Below, in pieces: positions 8,798-17,799 of a stretch of 39,928 nt of DNA. The notes below the pieces were generated by a model that was not told the DNA's origin, ran no database searches, and was given only the letters and a program-made list of their open reading frames with translations. The stretch covers positions 1 through 39,928 of the forward strand of contig JAZDIN010000002.1 in the NCBI GenBank assembly GCA_043804895.1. Direction: 5' to 3'. The position numbers and the translations under genes are program-made. The stretch is from Candidatus Altiarchaeota archaeon (GTDB lineage Archaea; Altiarchaeota; Altiarchaeia; IMC4; SCGC-AAA252-I15). The stretch's first letter is position 1, and each line of letters begins with the position of its first letter.

Positions 8798-9436
8798 ATG
8801 AGGTCATCCGCGCTAATCGCCATATTGGTTGCTGTCTCCTTTACCTTAAGTCTTTACTCCAATTCTCTCCTGCCTGAGACAGTCGCCTCACACTGGGATG
8901 CGCAAGGCCAGCCGAACGGTTACATGCCAAAAACATGGCTTCTATTCCTGATGCCAGCCATCGCAGCCGCAGCTGCTCTAATGATGTATGCACTACCCCT
9001 CCTAGACCCCTTGAAGGCGAACATAGACAAGTTCAGGCCCCACTACGACAGGTTCATCGTCCTCGTCGTCTTGTTCCTGCTTTACCTGCACATACTAACA
9101 CTCCTTTGGAATCTCGGCTACACCTTCAACATGGTCGCAGCCATGGTGCCCGGCCTCGCAGCATTATTCTACTCCTCCGGCATCCTCATAGAGAATGCGA
9201 AGAGGAACTGGTTCATGGGAATAAGAACCCCCTGGACGCTCTCCAGCGACAAAGTCTGGGACAAAACCCACAAAATCGGAGCCAAACTCTTCAAAGCCTC
9301 AGCGGCTATATCCTTGGTTGGGCTGGTACTCCAAGACTACGCAATCTACCTAATCATCGCCCCAATACTACTATCCTCATTCTACGTAGTCGCCTACTCC
9401 TACCTAGAATACAAGAAAGAGAAGCGAAACCAGTAA
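8798..9436 (+). CDS. SdpI-family / DUF1648 membrane protein
   Basis: LPETVASHW...G.PNGY (DUF1648) and N.FMGIRTPWTLSSDKVWDKTH (SdpI) motifs; GAGGT SD. Confidence 0.9.
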   Translation: MRSSALIAILVAVSFTLSLYSNSLLPETVASHWDAQGQPNGYMPKTWLLFLMPAIAAAAALMMYALPLLDPLKANIDKFRPHYDRFIVLVVLFLLYLHILTLLWNLGYTFNMVAAMVPGLAALFYSSGILIENAKRNWFMGIRTPWTLSSDKVWDKTHKIGAKLFKASAAISLVGLVLQDYAIYLIIAPILLSSFYVVAYSYLEYKKEKRNQ

Positions 9437-9464
9437 TTTAAGCCTAAGTTCCATTATATGAACT

Positions 9465-10274
9465 ATGCCTTCTGTTGAGTATGAGCTCGGGGATTTGGCG
9501 CACCTGCTTGGCCGTAGGGTGGGTGTTAAGGAGCTTCAGGAGACTATTCCGATGTTGGGTGTGGATTTAGAGTCTGTTGACGAGGATAAGCTGGTTATGG
9601 ATGTGTTCCCGAACCGGCCTGACATGCTCAACATAGAAGGGTTCGCGAGGGCGTTGAAGGGTTTTATGGGGGTTGAGGTAGGATTCAAGGAGTACGAAGT
9701 CGGCGAATCAAATGTGACACTAATCGTTGACCCCTCAGTCGATGGTGTCCGCCCTGCGGTCACGGCCGGCGTCGTCCTAGGCGTTGACATGGACGACTAC
9801 ACTGTGAAGTCCATAATGGACATGCAGGAGAAGCTCCACCTCACTCACGGCAGAAACAGGATGAAGGTCGCAATCGGAGTACACGACCTCGACAAAGTCA
9901 AGCAGCCATTCACCTACAAGGCAGTCGGCCCTGATGAGATATCCTTCACACCACTGGATATGGACCGGAAACTGACTTTAAGGCAGATTCTAGAAGACCA
10001 CCCGAAGGGCCGCGACTACGCATGGACCCTAGAGGGTAAGAAAAAATATCCTGTCTTCGTGGACCGCGACAACCAGGTCCTGTCATTCCCGCCGATAATC
10101 AACGGAGAACTCACCAGAATCACCGAAAACACTAGAAACCTATTCCTAGACTTGACAGGCAACGACCAAACAGCTGTGGAGAAGGCCTTGAACATCATAG
10201 CATGCGCACTAGCAGACCGCGGCGGCCGAATACAGACCGTTGAAGTCAAGAAGAAAAAATCCCCCCTAAAATAA
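9465..10274 (+). CDS. pheT: Phenylalanyl-tRNA synthetase beta subunit, N-terminal half only (B1 + B3/B4 editing domain)
   Basis: PNRPDML..EG.ARAL, QEKLH.T.GRNR.KVAIGVHDLD and SFPPIING motifs; ends at 269 aa. Confidence 0.88.
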   Translation: MPSVEYELGDLAHLLGRRVGVKELQETIPMLGVDLESVDEDKLVMDVFPNRPDMLNIEGFARALKGFMGVEVGFKEYEVGESNVTLIVDPSVDGVRPAVTAGVVLGVDMDDYTVKSIMDMQEKLHLTHGRNRMKVAIGVHDLDKVKQPFTYKAVGPDEISFTPLDMDRKLTLRQILEDHPKGRDYAWTLEGKKKYPVFVDRDNQVLSFPPIINGELTRITENTRNLFLDLTGNDQTAVEKALNIIACALADRGGRIQTVEVKKKKSPLK

Positions 10275-10301
10275 TAGGGGGTGTAAGGGGTGTTGGACCC
10301 C
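10260..10301. terminator. Two GC hairpins between convergent genes
   Basis: CCCCCTA-aaataa-TAGGGGG and GGGGT-gttgg-ACCCC. Confidence 0.35.
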
Positions 10302-10664
10302 TTATGCGTACTTTTCAGCCATCTTCCCGATGACTGGCAGCATGAACTTCTCGCCCGTGTATGCCTTGTACATGAGGAATATCCATGACGCGAATATGGC
10401 CAGGCACAGTGCAAGCCATACGAGCATCATAACCAATCCAATAATCCATCCTATGACTGGTATGAACGCCAGCACGATGTTGACTACCATCAGCACGAAG
10501 AAGGCGATTATCAGCGCGACGCCGTATATAATCGACTGTACTGCGTGGAATAGCACGAACTTGTTTCCTTTGTCCTTGTACATGATGTACACTACAATCC
10601 CTGTTAATATGCCAAGTAGGTAGGAGACTGCAGCCATCAGGTTATCGTCAGATTTCTCAACCAT
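10302..10664 (-). CDS. DUF4870-family membrane protein
   Basis: N.MAAVSYLLG, FVLFHAVQS and MYKAYTGEKFMLPVIG motifs; GAGGTG SD. Confidence 0.88.
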   Translation of the reverse strand: MVEKSDDNLMAAVSYLLGILTGIVVYIMYKDKGNKFVLFHAVQSIIYGVALIIAFFVLMVVNIVLAFIPVIGWIIGLVMMLVWLALCLAIFASWIFLMYKAYTGEKFMLPVIGKMAEKYA

Positions 10665-10692
10665 ATTTTACCACCTCAAAAATACTGTATAG

Positions 10693-11148
10693 TTATCTGC
10701 GGGGCCGCATATAAGTCAGTAAGCCGTCCAGTGCTGGTATGAGGTAGTATGGTAGTGTGAGCCCGAATATGAGGCCCGTGGCGAATCTGAGGGTGTTCGT
10801 GCTTTCCCGCAGTCCCAGAAGTTGGGAGCCGCCGTCCAAAGTCAAAGGTACGAGTGCTGCGAGAATAATCCAATGGTTTGGCATCCTACTTTGGCAGCCC
10901 CTCAGGGGGTAAAGTAGCGCCCCGATGAGCATCCCGGCATATATCCCGAAGCAGCGGGCGCAGACCCCCATCTTATATCCAAAGATTAAGAAGCTGCGTT
11001 CCGCTTTCTGGTGGCAGAATCCTGCGAAGATGCGGTAGTTGAACCCCGAGCCTACGTCGTCTCCTGTATAAGCCAGATACGGTGCTGAAATTATCAGAGC
11101 AAAGAGCATAAGCGAAACTAACAAGAAGATAATCTTTGCCTGTTCCAT
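10693..11148 (-). CDS. DUF2085-family membrane protein
   Basis: CHQKAERS, VCARCFGIYAG, DGGSQ and STNTLRFATG motifs. Confidence 0.88.
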   Translation of the reverse strand: MEQAKIIFLLVSLMLFALIISAPYLAYTGDDVGSGFNYRIFAGFCHQKAERSFLIFGYKMGVCARCFGIYAGMLIGALLYPLRGCQSRMPNHWIILAALVPLTLDGGSQLLGLRESTNTLRFATGLIFGLTLPYYLIPALDGLLTYMRPRR

Positions 11149-11162
11149 CCTAGGTAAAAAGC

Positions 11163-11657
11163 CTACCTCCTTTTGAGCGTCGGGGTCCTAACACTTTTGG
11201 CCCCGTTCTTTTCGCTTCCCCTGAGTGTGGCGTATAACACCCCCCCAACAGCCCCGAAGATTACCCCCTCAACAGTCGTAATCACGAACGAGAGGAGGGT
11301 CCACACTACTCCCTTAAGTTGGATGTTAAGTAGAGCAGCGACTCCCCCCACATTCACTCCCCTGACTGCGAGTCCGAGGCCGAAGAGGTCGAAGACCATG
11401 TTGACTACTAGGATTGCTATGGTGTCTGTGATGCCGTATAATAGGCCGAAGACGGCCCCGACTATAGCGCCGTCGGCAAGTTCGAATATCTTCATGTTCC
11501 TGCCTGAGACGTATGCTGCTGCGAACCCGCCGACTATAATCCAGAGGCAGCAGACGTTCGGGAGCCTAACAATTGGGATGGCGGCGACGACGCCTACGAA
11601 CAATCCTATCAAGGCGCAGTAGACGGCAACCCTTTTGAAGTCCATCTCATAGCCCAT
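11163..11657 (-). CDS. Gly-rich 4-TM hypothetical membrane protein with an NxCC motif
   Basis: PNVCCLWIIVGGFAAAY, DGAIVGA..G and FGAVGG; first gene of a three-gene membrane operon. Confidence 0.75.
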   Translation of the reverse strand: MGYEMDFKRVAVYCALIGLFVGVVAAIPIVRLPNVCCLWIIVGGFAAAYVSGRNMKIFELADGAIVGAVFGLLYGITDTIAILVVNMVFDLFGLGLAVRGVNVGGVAALLNIQLKGVVWTLLSFVITTVEGVIFGAVGGVLYATLRGSEKNGAKSVRTPTLKRR

Positions 11658-11735
11658 AGTAAGTATCTCTTCGTTCGCCTATTAAACTTTTTGTTCGGCA
11701 TTTTAAGGCCCTAAGCAAATGTCTAATGGACTATA

Positions 11736-14700
11736 ATGAGAATAAACCGCATTGACACAAAAGCATACGCGATTTCAGGCGAAGCTGAAGAGTCGGCGAT
11801 AGATTACTTCAAGGAGAAGGCTGCTAAGTTCGAAAAGGAGTCTAAGTCTGAGGCGTCAATCACGCTCGAATACCATTACTCGCCGTTGGCCGTGTTCTCG
11901 GCAGTCAAATACGACAAGGAGGGTAAAGGCATCGTGATACGTGGGATGGAGAATGAGTTCCACGTTGGCTTGGACGACGCATGCTTCTACGTTTTCAGCT
12001 CCAAAGGATACGGCGAGGCTACGAAGAGCATATTCATAAAATCAAACGAAGCGAGCATAGAGAAGATAGACTTCCTCCTTAAACTGGCATCCCTCTCCCC
12101 AAAGGCTCTTCAAACGCTTGGCTACCTCCTCGACCAGGGCACCATAAACTTCGACAAGCTTGACATGCCCTCTCAGACTGCAGCTAAGGAGCTTGCAGGA
12201 AGGAAATACGCGGACATATACAAGCCTGTCGACAGGGAGGGCGACCTCACCGTCGTTTTCAGGGAGATTATCGAATTCCAGCCTGTCACGCCGGTATACA
12301 AAGTCAAGGCCATGGTGCCGATACCAAGGTTCACGAACACGATATACAACCTCTCCTCTAGACTTGAGTTGACGGACGTTGTGGAAGACAAAGTGGAACT
12401 CGGCAGGATAACACAATCCCCTGACAAGATAAAGTACCTTCTTGGGACGCTCTTCAATTGCGGCCTCCACCTGAAGAGGGTAGTATACGTGCCGTACCTT
12501 GAGTGCACGTTCAAGTGGGGCGGTAAACAGTCTAAAGAAATAAGGCATATACCCTGCCTCAAGAAGTCGAAAACAAAAAACTACCAGAAGCCAAAAAAAC
12601 TGAAAACCCTCCTAATCGGAGTCAAAGGCTATGGACTCGACTCCATACCGTTCGAGGATGTGGAGATAAAATTCTCTAATGTCGCAGGAATGGCAGAGGT
12701 GAAGGAGAGGATAAGGGAGGGGATAATCTACCCGATAATCCATCCGGAACTGTCCAAGGAGTTCGGAAGCAAAGGCGGTGGCGGTGTTCTCCTATACGGC
12801 CCCCCAGGTTGCGGGAAAACATACATAATGCGTGCCACAGTCGGTGAGGCAGGGGTCAACTTCTACACCATAGGCGTGCAGGAGATAGTCGGAGACGACA
12901 TGGAAGCGTCGGCGAAGAGGTTGGATGAGTCGTTCAACGAGGCGAGGCAGGGTGCGCCCTCGATACTATTCTTCGACGAGATTGACGCACTCGGCGGCAG
13001 CAGGAAACCAGGCCAGTCTGGGGCTGAACATAGGCTCGTCAACCAGTTCCTCACTAACATGGAAGGCGTCGGAGCGTCAAACGAGAACGTGCTCATAGTA
13101 GGCTCCACGAACGCGCCATGGGATATGGATCCTGCCCTCAGGAGGGCAGGCCGTTTCACCTTGCAGATTTTTATCCCCCCACCGGATGCGGAGGCGAGGC
13201 TCGCATTGTTCGAGGTGCACACCAAAGACAGGCCCCTCGCCAAGGACGTAAAATTCAACCGCCTCGTCGAACTGACTGAAAATTACTCGTCAGCTGACAT
13301 AACCGCATTATGCGACGAGGCTGCGAAGATACCTTGGCGGGCGAGCGTCCACGGCGAAGACAGGCGCGAAATCTCCATGGCGGACTTCATACTAGCCCTC
13401 AACGAGACGGAATCCTCTCTCATCCCATGGCTGCGCCTAGCAGAGAAGCAGCTTAGAGAAAGTGGCGAATCAGACCTCTTCCCAGAACTGGCGGACTATG
13501 TGTTTAAGCGCGCGGGCGGCATAGAGATGGTCACACAGCCGACAATGAAATTCTCTGACGTGGCTGGACTAGATGACGTGAAGGAGGAGATAAAAAACAA
13601 GATAGTCTACCCCCTCAAAAACCCGGAAATGTCCAAGAAATACGGCCGCAAACCAGGGGGAGGCGTACTACTCTACGGGCCACCAGGCTGCGGTAAAACA
13701 TACATAGCGAAGGCGACGGCAGGGGAATGTGAAGCCTCATTCTTCAACGTGAAGGCCACAGACCTTTTATCCCCTGAGGAGGGTGTGACTGAGAAGAGGC
13801 TGCACAGCATCTTCGAGCGTGCCAGCCGCAACACTCCTGCGATAATATTCTTCGACGAGATTGATGCCATAGCAGGTCACAGGAGATCCTCAGGCGGTGC
13901 TGAACGTCGGCTAATCAATCAGTTTCTGACTGAGATGGACGGGTTCGAGAAGAAGGAGGGTGTTGTCGTGTTGGCTGCCACTAATGCTCCGTGGGATATC
14001 GATCCTGCATTACGTCGCGCTGGCCGTTTCAGCGATCAAATATTCCTACCCCCACCAGACGGGAAAAGCAGGGAGGAGGTGTTCAGGATACACGCCCAAG
14101 GTAGGCCGCTATCAGAGGACGTTAACTTCAGCGAACTCTCATCGCTTACAGACGGCTACAGTTCAGCTGACATCGCGCTCATCTGCGACGAGGCCTCTAA
14201 GATTCCGTGGAGGGAGGGGATGGAATCAGGCACTGCAAGGAACGTATCGAACGCAGACTTCAAGGTCGTCATATCAGAACACAAGCCCTCGATAACGCCA
14301 TGGCTGAAGCAGGCTGAGAAACAACTCAGGGAAAGCGGAGAATCAGAGTTATACACCGAACTCGCTGAATACGTCTTCAAACGCGCCGGAGGCCTGGAGG
14401 CTGCATCCAAACCTAAGATGAACTTCTCAGACGTCGGAGGCCTCGTTGAGGTGAAGGAGGAGATAAAAAACAAGATAGTCTACCCGCTCAAGAATCCGGA
14501 GTTAGCCAAAGAATACGGTCGCACAATCGCAGGAGGCATACTATTCTACGGTCCGCCGGGTTGCGGTAAAACATACGTCGCTCGCGCTACGGCAGGCGAG
14601 TGTGAGGCGACATTCTATAATGTGACGATAACGGACCTGTTATCCCCTGAGGAGGGTGTGACTGAGAAGAAACTCCACAGCATATTCGAGCGAGCCTCAA

Positions 14701-15272
14701 GGAACACGCCGGCAGTCGTGTTCTTCGACGAAATAGACGCTATTGCAGGGTTGCGTTCCTCAGCGAAGGGCGGTGCTGAACGTCGGCTAATCAATCAGTT
14801 TCTGACTGAGATGGACGGGTTCGAGAAGAAGGAGGGTGTTGTCGTGTTGGCTGCCACCAATGCTCCCTGGGATATCGATCCTGCATTACGTCGCGCTGGC
14901 CGTTTCAGCGATCAAATATTCCTACCCCCACCAGACGGTAAAAGCAGGGAGGAAATCTTCAGGATACACACGAAGAACATCCCACTCGGAGGCGACATCA
15001 ACATAGGCGAACTCTCCTTGCAGACAGACGGCTACAGCTCATCAGACATCAAACTCATCTGCGACGAGGCTGCGAAGATTCCATGGAAGGAGACGATGGA
15101 ATCAGGCAAGAAACGCCCGGTCACGATGGCCAACTTCACCAAAGTCCTCACACAGCGAAAATCATCAATCACAGCATGGTTCAAACAAGCTGAGAAGGAA
15201 CTGAAGGCTGCAGACGAGGAAACGATGTACCCGGAACTCACCGCGGCCATAGAGAAGATGAGGGGAGCGTAG
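11736..15272 (+). CDS. AAA+ ATPase with three tandem Cdc48/Vps4-like modules and an unknown N-terminal region of about 300 aa
   Basis: Three copies each of Walker A GPPGCGKT, Walker B FFDEIDA, sensor-1 TNAPW and SRH DPALRRAGRF. Confidence 0.95.
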   Translation: MRINRIDTKAYAISGEAEESAIDYFKEKAAKFEKESKSEASITLEYHYSPLAVFSAVKYDKEGKGIVIRGMENEFHVGLDDACFYVFSSKGYGEATKSIFIKSNEASIEKIDFLLKLASLSPKALQTLGYLLDQGTINFDKLDMPSQTAAKELAGRKYADIYKPVDREGDLTVVFREIIEFQPVTPVYKVKAMVPIPRFTNTIYNLSSRLELTDVVEDKVELGRITQSPDKIKYLLGTLFNCGLHLKRVVYVPYLECTFKWGGKQSKEIRHIPCLKKSKTKNYQKPKKLKTLLIGVKGYGLDSIPFEDVEIKFSNVAGMAEVKERIREGIIYPIIHPELSKEFGSKGGGGVLLYGPPGCGKTYIMRATVGEAGVNFYTIGVQEIVGDDMEASAKRLDESFNEARQGAPSILFFDEIDALGGSRKPGQSGAEHRLVNQFLTNMEGVGASNENVLIVGSTNAPWDMDPALRRAGRFTLQIFIPPPDAEARLALFEVHTKDRPLAKDVKFNRLVELTENYSSADITALCDEAAKIPWRASVHGEDRREISMADFILALNETESSLIPWLRLAEKQLRESGESDLFPELADYVFKRAGGIEMVTQPTMKFSDVAGLDDVKEEIKNKIVYPLKNPEMSKKYGRKPGGGVLLYGPPGCGKTYIAKATAGECEASFFNVKATDLLSPEEGVTEKRLHSIFERASRNTPAIIFFDEIDAIAGHRRSSGGAERRLINQFLTEMDGFEKKEGVVVLAATNAPWDIDPALRRAGRFSDQIFLPPPDGKSREEVFRIHAQGRPLSEDVNFSELSSLTDGYSSADIALICDEASKIPWREGMESGTARNVSNADFKVVISEHKPSITPWLKQAEKQLRESGESELYTELAEYVFKRAGGLEAASKPKMNFSDVGGLVEVKEEIKNKIVYPLKNPELAKEYGRTIAGGILFYGPPGCGKTYVARATAGECEATFYNVTITDLLSPEEGVTEKKLHSIFERASRNTPAVVFFDEIDAIAGLRSSAKGGAERRLINQFLTEMDGFEKKEGVVVLAATNAPWDIDPALRRAGRFSDQIFLPPPDGKSREEIFRIHTKNIPLGGDINIGELSLQTDGYSSSDIKLICDEAAKIPWKETMESGKKRPVTMANFTKVLTQRKSSITAWFKQAEKELKAADEETMYPELTAAIEKMRGA
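13893..14953 (+). repeat. Intragenic direct repeat, 13893-14077 and 14769-14953 (185 nt, 3 mismatches)
   Basis: Direct comparison of AAA modules 2 and 3; offset 876 nt. Confidence 0.9.
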
Positions 15273-15273
15273 G

Positions 15274-15555
15274 ATGGCTAAGAATCCCTGGTTGGCTGCG
15301 GCGTTGTCTCTCCTGATTGCAGGCCTCGGCCAGCTGTATGTGGGGAGGGTTTGGAGGGCTGTGGGGTTTCTGGTGTTGGATTTAGCCACCGGGTACGTCT
15401 ATGTGAATATGAACGAGCAGGTCGGATTCACCCTTAACATGGCCGTGACTGTAATATCTGTCGTGGACGCCTACAGGTTAGCGAAGAAACCAACTGAAGA
15501 AAAACCAAAGGAGAAACCAGAACAAATCCAAAAACAGGAGCTGAGGGTGTTCTAA
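15274..15555 (+). CDS. Small membrane protein (TM2-like KNP.LAA.LS...GLGQ.Y motif)
   Basis: Starts 1 nt after the AAA gene stop; hydrophobic core, ISVVDAY motif and charged tail. Confidence 0.8.
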   Translation: MAKNPWLAAALSLLIAGLGQLYVGRVWRAVGFLVLDLATGYVYVNMNEQVGFTLNMAVTVISVVDAYRLAKKPTEEKPKEKPEQIQKQELRVF

Positions 15556-16409
15556 TCCTTCTTCTCTAACTCAGCTTGTAGTTCCGCGGGTAGTGCGCTT
15601 TTGATTGATTTCGCTGCTGCATCAGCCTTCGCAAGGTATATGCCAACACTCTCTTTGTTGAGTATTCCCGCGTTTATCATCAGATTCCTGGCTTTGGATA
15701 TGCCTTCCTGTAGGAGGAATATCGTGACTGCCTTGTTGTACACCCTCGCATTGTATGCTAGGTTGAATGCCTTCCTGTGCGCGCCCTGTATCTTAGCTAC
15801 CGTCTCGGCCTCGTCTACGTGTAGTATGTCTCCTGGGTATATCATCCCGTTCTCGTGGGCGGCCTTGACTTTCAGTACTATTTCGACCGGTTCTATGCCA
15901 AGTCTTGACAGTACGACTGCGACTTTGTCGCTGACTTTCTCGCCTTTTTTAACTACCAGCGAATCCTCGCTGACGACAATCTTCCCCCCCTGTATCTTAG
16001 CCTTCACTCCAGCGGCTTGGAAGTCTCCTATGACCGGGCCTGCTGCGATTCCAGTGTCTCCGGAGGGTATTGTGATGTCGTACGGTGCTATGCTTCCCGG
16101 CTTCGCTGGTGCTGTGGTCTTACACCCGTATATGAGCTTCTCAAGCTGGAATGGGTTCAGGTCACTGAACACGATGCCTGAGGGGGCGTTGAGGTATTCG
16201 TCCATCCCTTTCACGCCTGCCTTTTTGAGTGCTAGTTTTATGAGGTTGCTTCTTGCGACATAAATCTCTGCGCTGCCTTTCAGCTTCTTCTTCATGCTCT
16301 GCAGCTGCTTTGAAGGCATGTTTTCTATGCCAACTACTCCGATTACCTTGTGGGCTTTCACTCCCTTACTTAGCCTGCCTACCGTGTCGGTCTTCCACGT
16401 GGCTACCAT
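15552..16409 (-). CDS. rpl10: 50S ribosomal protein L10/P0 (uL10)
   Basis: WK..TV, PSKQLQ, APAKPG.IAP.DI.IP.G.TG...GP and KIQGGKI motifs; follows rpl1. Confidence 0.95.
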   Translation of the reverse strand: MVATWKTDTVGRLSKGVKAHKVIGVVGIENMPSKQLQSMKKKLKGSAEIYVARSNLIKLALKKAGVKGMDEYLNAPSGIVFSDLNPFQLEKLIYGCKTTAPAKPGSIAPYDITIPSGDTGIAAGPVIGDFQAAGVKAKIQGGKIVVSEDSLVVKKGEKVSDKVAVVLSRLGIEPVEIVLKVKAAHENGMIYPGDILHVDEAETVAKIQGAHRKAFNLAYNARVYNKAVTIFLLQEGISKARNLMINAGILNKESVGIYLAKADAAAKSIKSALPAELQAELEKKD

Positions 16410-17032
16410 ATCCTCACAGCCTCCCCCATCGTGGTTTTGACGTAAAGCGAGATTATGTTATCCCTTGGTATGGCACGCTCCACTGTCGTGTAAACTGCCA
16501 TAATGTTTTCTGAAAGGTCCTCGGGCGTCATGTCCTCCACCCCGACTGGGACCTGTATGGTTGGCAGCTTCTTGCTCTTCACCCTCACAGTGTTCTTTAT
16601 CCTCTTAATCAGCTCGTCAAGGTTCGCGGTCGGCGGGAAAGGCTGAGGCATTTTCCCCCTTGGGCCAAGTACGATACCCCACGTCTTACCGATTGCGCCC
16701 ATCAAATCAGCTTGCGCTATGAAACTGTAGCATTGTCCAGCGTATACGCGCATCTTCCTCTTGTTCTTAGCGTAATCTTCGAACTCGTTCTTGCTCAGTA
16801 CGTGCTTGCTGTGCTTCTTCGCGCGCACGTTCATGTCGCCGTCAGCGAAGAATCCTATTTCAACATCCTTCCCGCGGCCTTTCGGCAGTAGGATGTTCAG
16901 GTTAAGCTTGTGCTCCCCTTCAATCTCAACGCCCTCGAAATTGAATATGACATCTACGGTCTGCTTAAACTTGCGTTCTGTCTTCTTGGACAGCGCCTCC
17001 TCAATCTTTGGTATGAACTCTTTGGCTTCCAT
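16403..17032 (-). CDS. rpl1: 50S ribosomal protein L1 (uL1)
   Basis: RKFKQTVD, LGPRGKMP and YVKTTMG motifs. Confidence 0.97.
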   Translation of the reverse strand: MEAKEFIPKIEEALSKKTERKFKQTVDVIFNFEGVEIEGEHKLNLNILLPKGRGKDVEIGFFADGDMNVRAKKHSKHVLSKNEFEDYAKNKRKMRVYAGQCYSFIAQADLMGAIGKTWGIVLGPRGKMPQPFPPTANLDELIKRIKNTVRVKSKKLPTIQVPVGVEDMTPEDLSENIMAVYTTVERAIPRDNIISLYVKTTMGEAVRIW

Positions 17033-17103
17033 CTAATCCCTCCTAGACGTGTAGACGTCTAGTGCAACGGGTTTTAATGAATACGCAATACTCCTTAAAA
17101 AGC

Positions 17104-17799
17104 CTATTTCTTCTTCTCCTCTGGCTTTTTCTTATCCTCTTTCTTCTCTTCTGACTTGCCGTCCTTACCCTTCTTCTCCTCTGGCTTCTTCTCGTCAGTC
17201 TTGCCTTCCTTCTTCTCCTCTTCTGGTTTGGCTTCCTCTTTAACTTCTGGCTTCTTCTCATCCACACCGACTATCTTCACCTTCTCTTCCTTGTGTACTA
17301 ATTTCGGCAGGGTCTTCGTCTTCCCTGTTATGTAATCGTCTAGAATTCCAGAGCGTACGGCCTCGGTCATTTCCTTCGGAGTTAGGCCTTGTATAGTTAT
17401 CCTAAGGCTTTGGCAGCTTCCTACGACCTCTTTGACTGCTGCCTTAAGGTCTTTGGCTAGTAAGCTCCCTTGCTTGCTTTTTGCGACTTCCATCACCTGG
17501 TCTAGGCTTAGGTCGCCTACCATCTCCTTGCCGCCTCCAGCCTTATCGAGTCCGAGGGCTTTGATGAGGAGCGCTGACGTCGGCGGGCTGCCGACCTTGA
17601 TTTCAAATTTTTTGGTCGCTGGGTCGACTATGACTTCAACAGGGACCTTCATCCCCCTGAACGATGCTGTGACTTTGTTAATCTCCTCGACAACCTTCCC
17701 TGCGTTGACACCCATCGGTCCGAGCGCCGGACCAAGAGGCGGGCCTGCTGTTGCGGCCCCACCATCGACCATAATCTTGACTGTCTCCTTCTTACTCAT
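17104..17799 (-). CDS. rpl11: 50S ribosomal protein L11 (uL11) with a long Lys/Glu-rich tail
   Basis: GG.ATAGPPLGPALGP.G, F.GMKVPV and PPTSAL motifs. Confidence 0.96.
   Translation of the reverse strand: MSKKETVKIMVDGGAATAGPPLGPALGPMGVNAGKVVEEINKVTASFRGMKVPVEVIVDPATKKFEIKVGSPPTSALLIKALGLDKAGGGKEMVGDLSLDQVMEVAKSKQGSLLAKDLKAAVKEVVGSCQSLRITIQGLTPKEMTEAVRSGILDDYITGKTKTLPKLVHKEEKVKIVGVDEKKPEVKEEAKPEEEKKEGKTDEKKPEEKKGKDGKSEEKKEDKKKPEEKKK

Noticed and set aside
10240-10301. Programmed frameshift extending pheT at the A/C runs
   Set aside because: Only 27 nt separate the stop from a convergent gene, and there is no PheT C-terminal sequence downstream.
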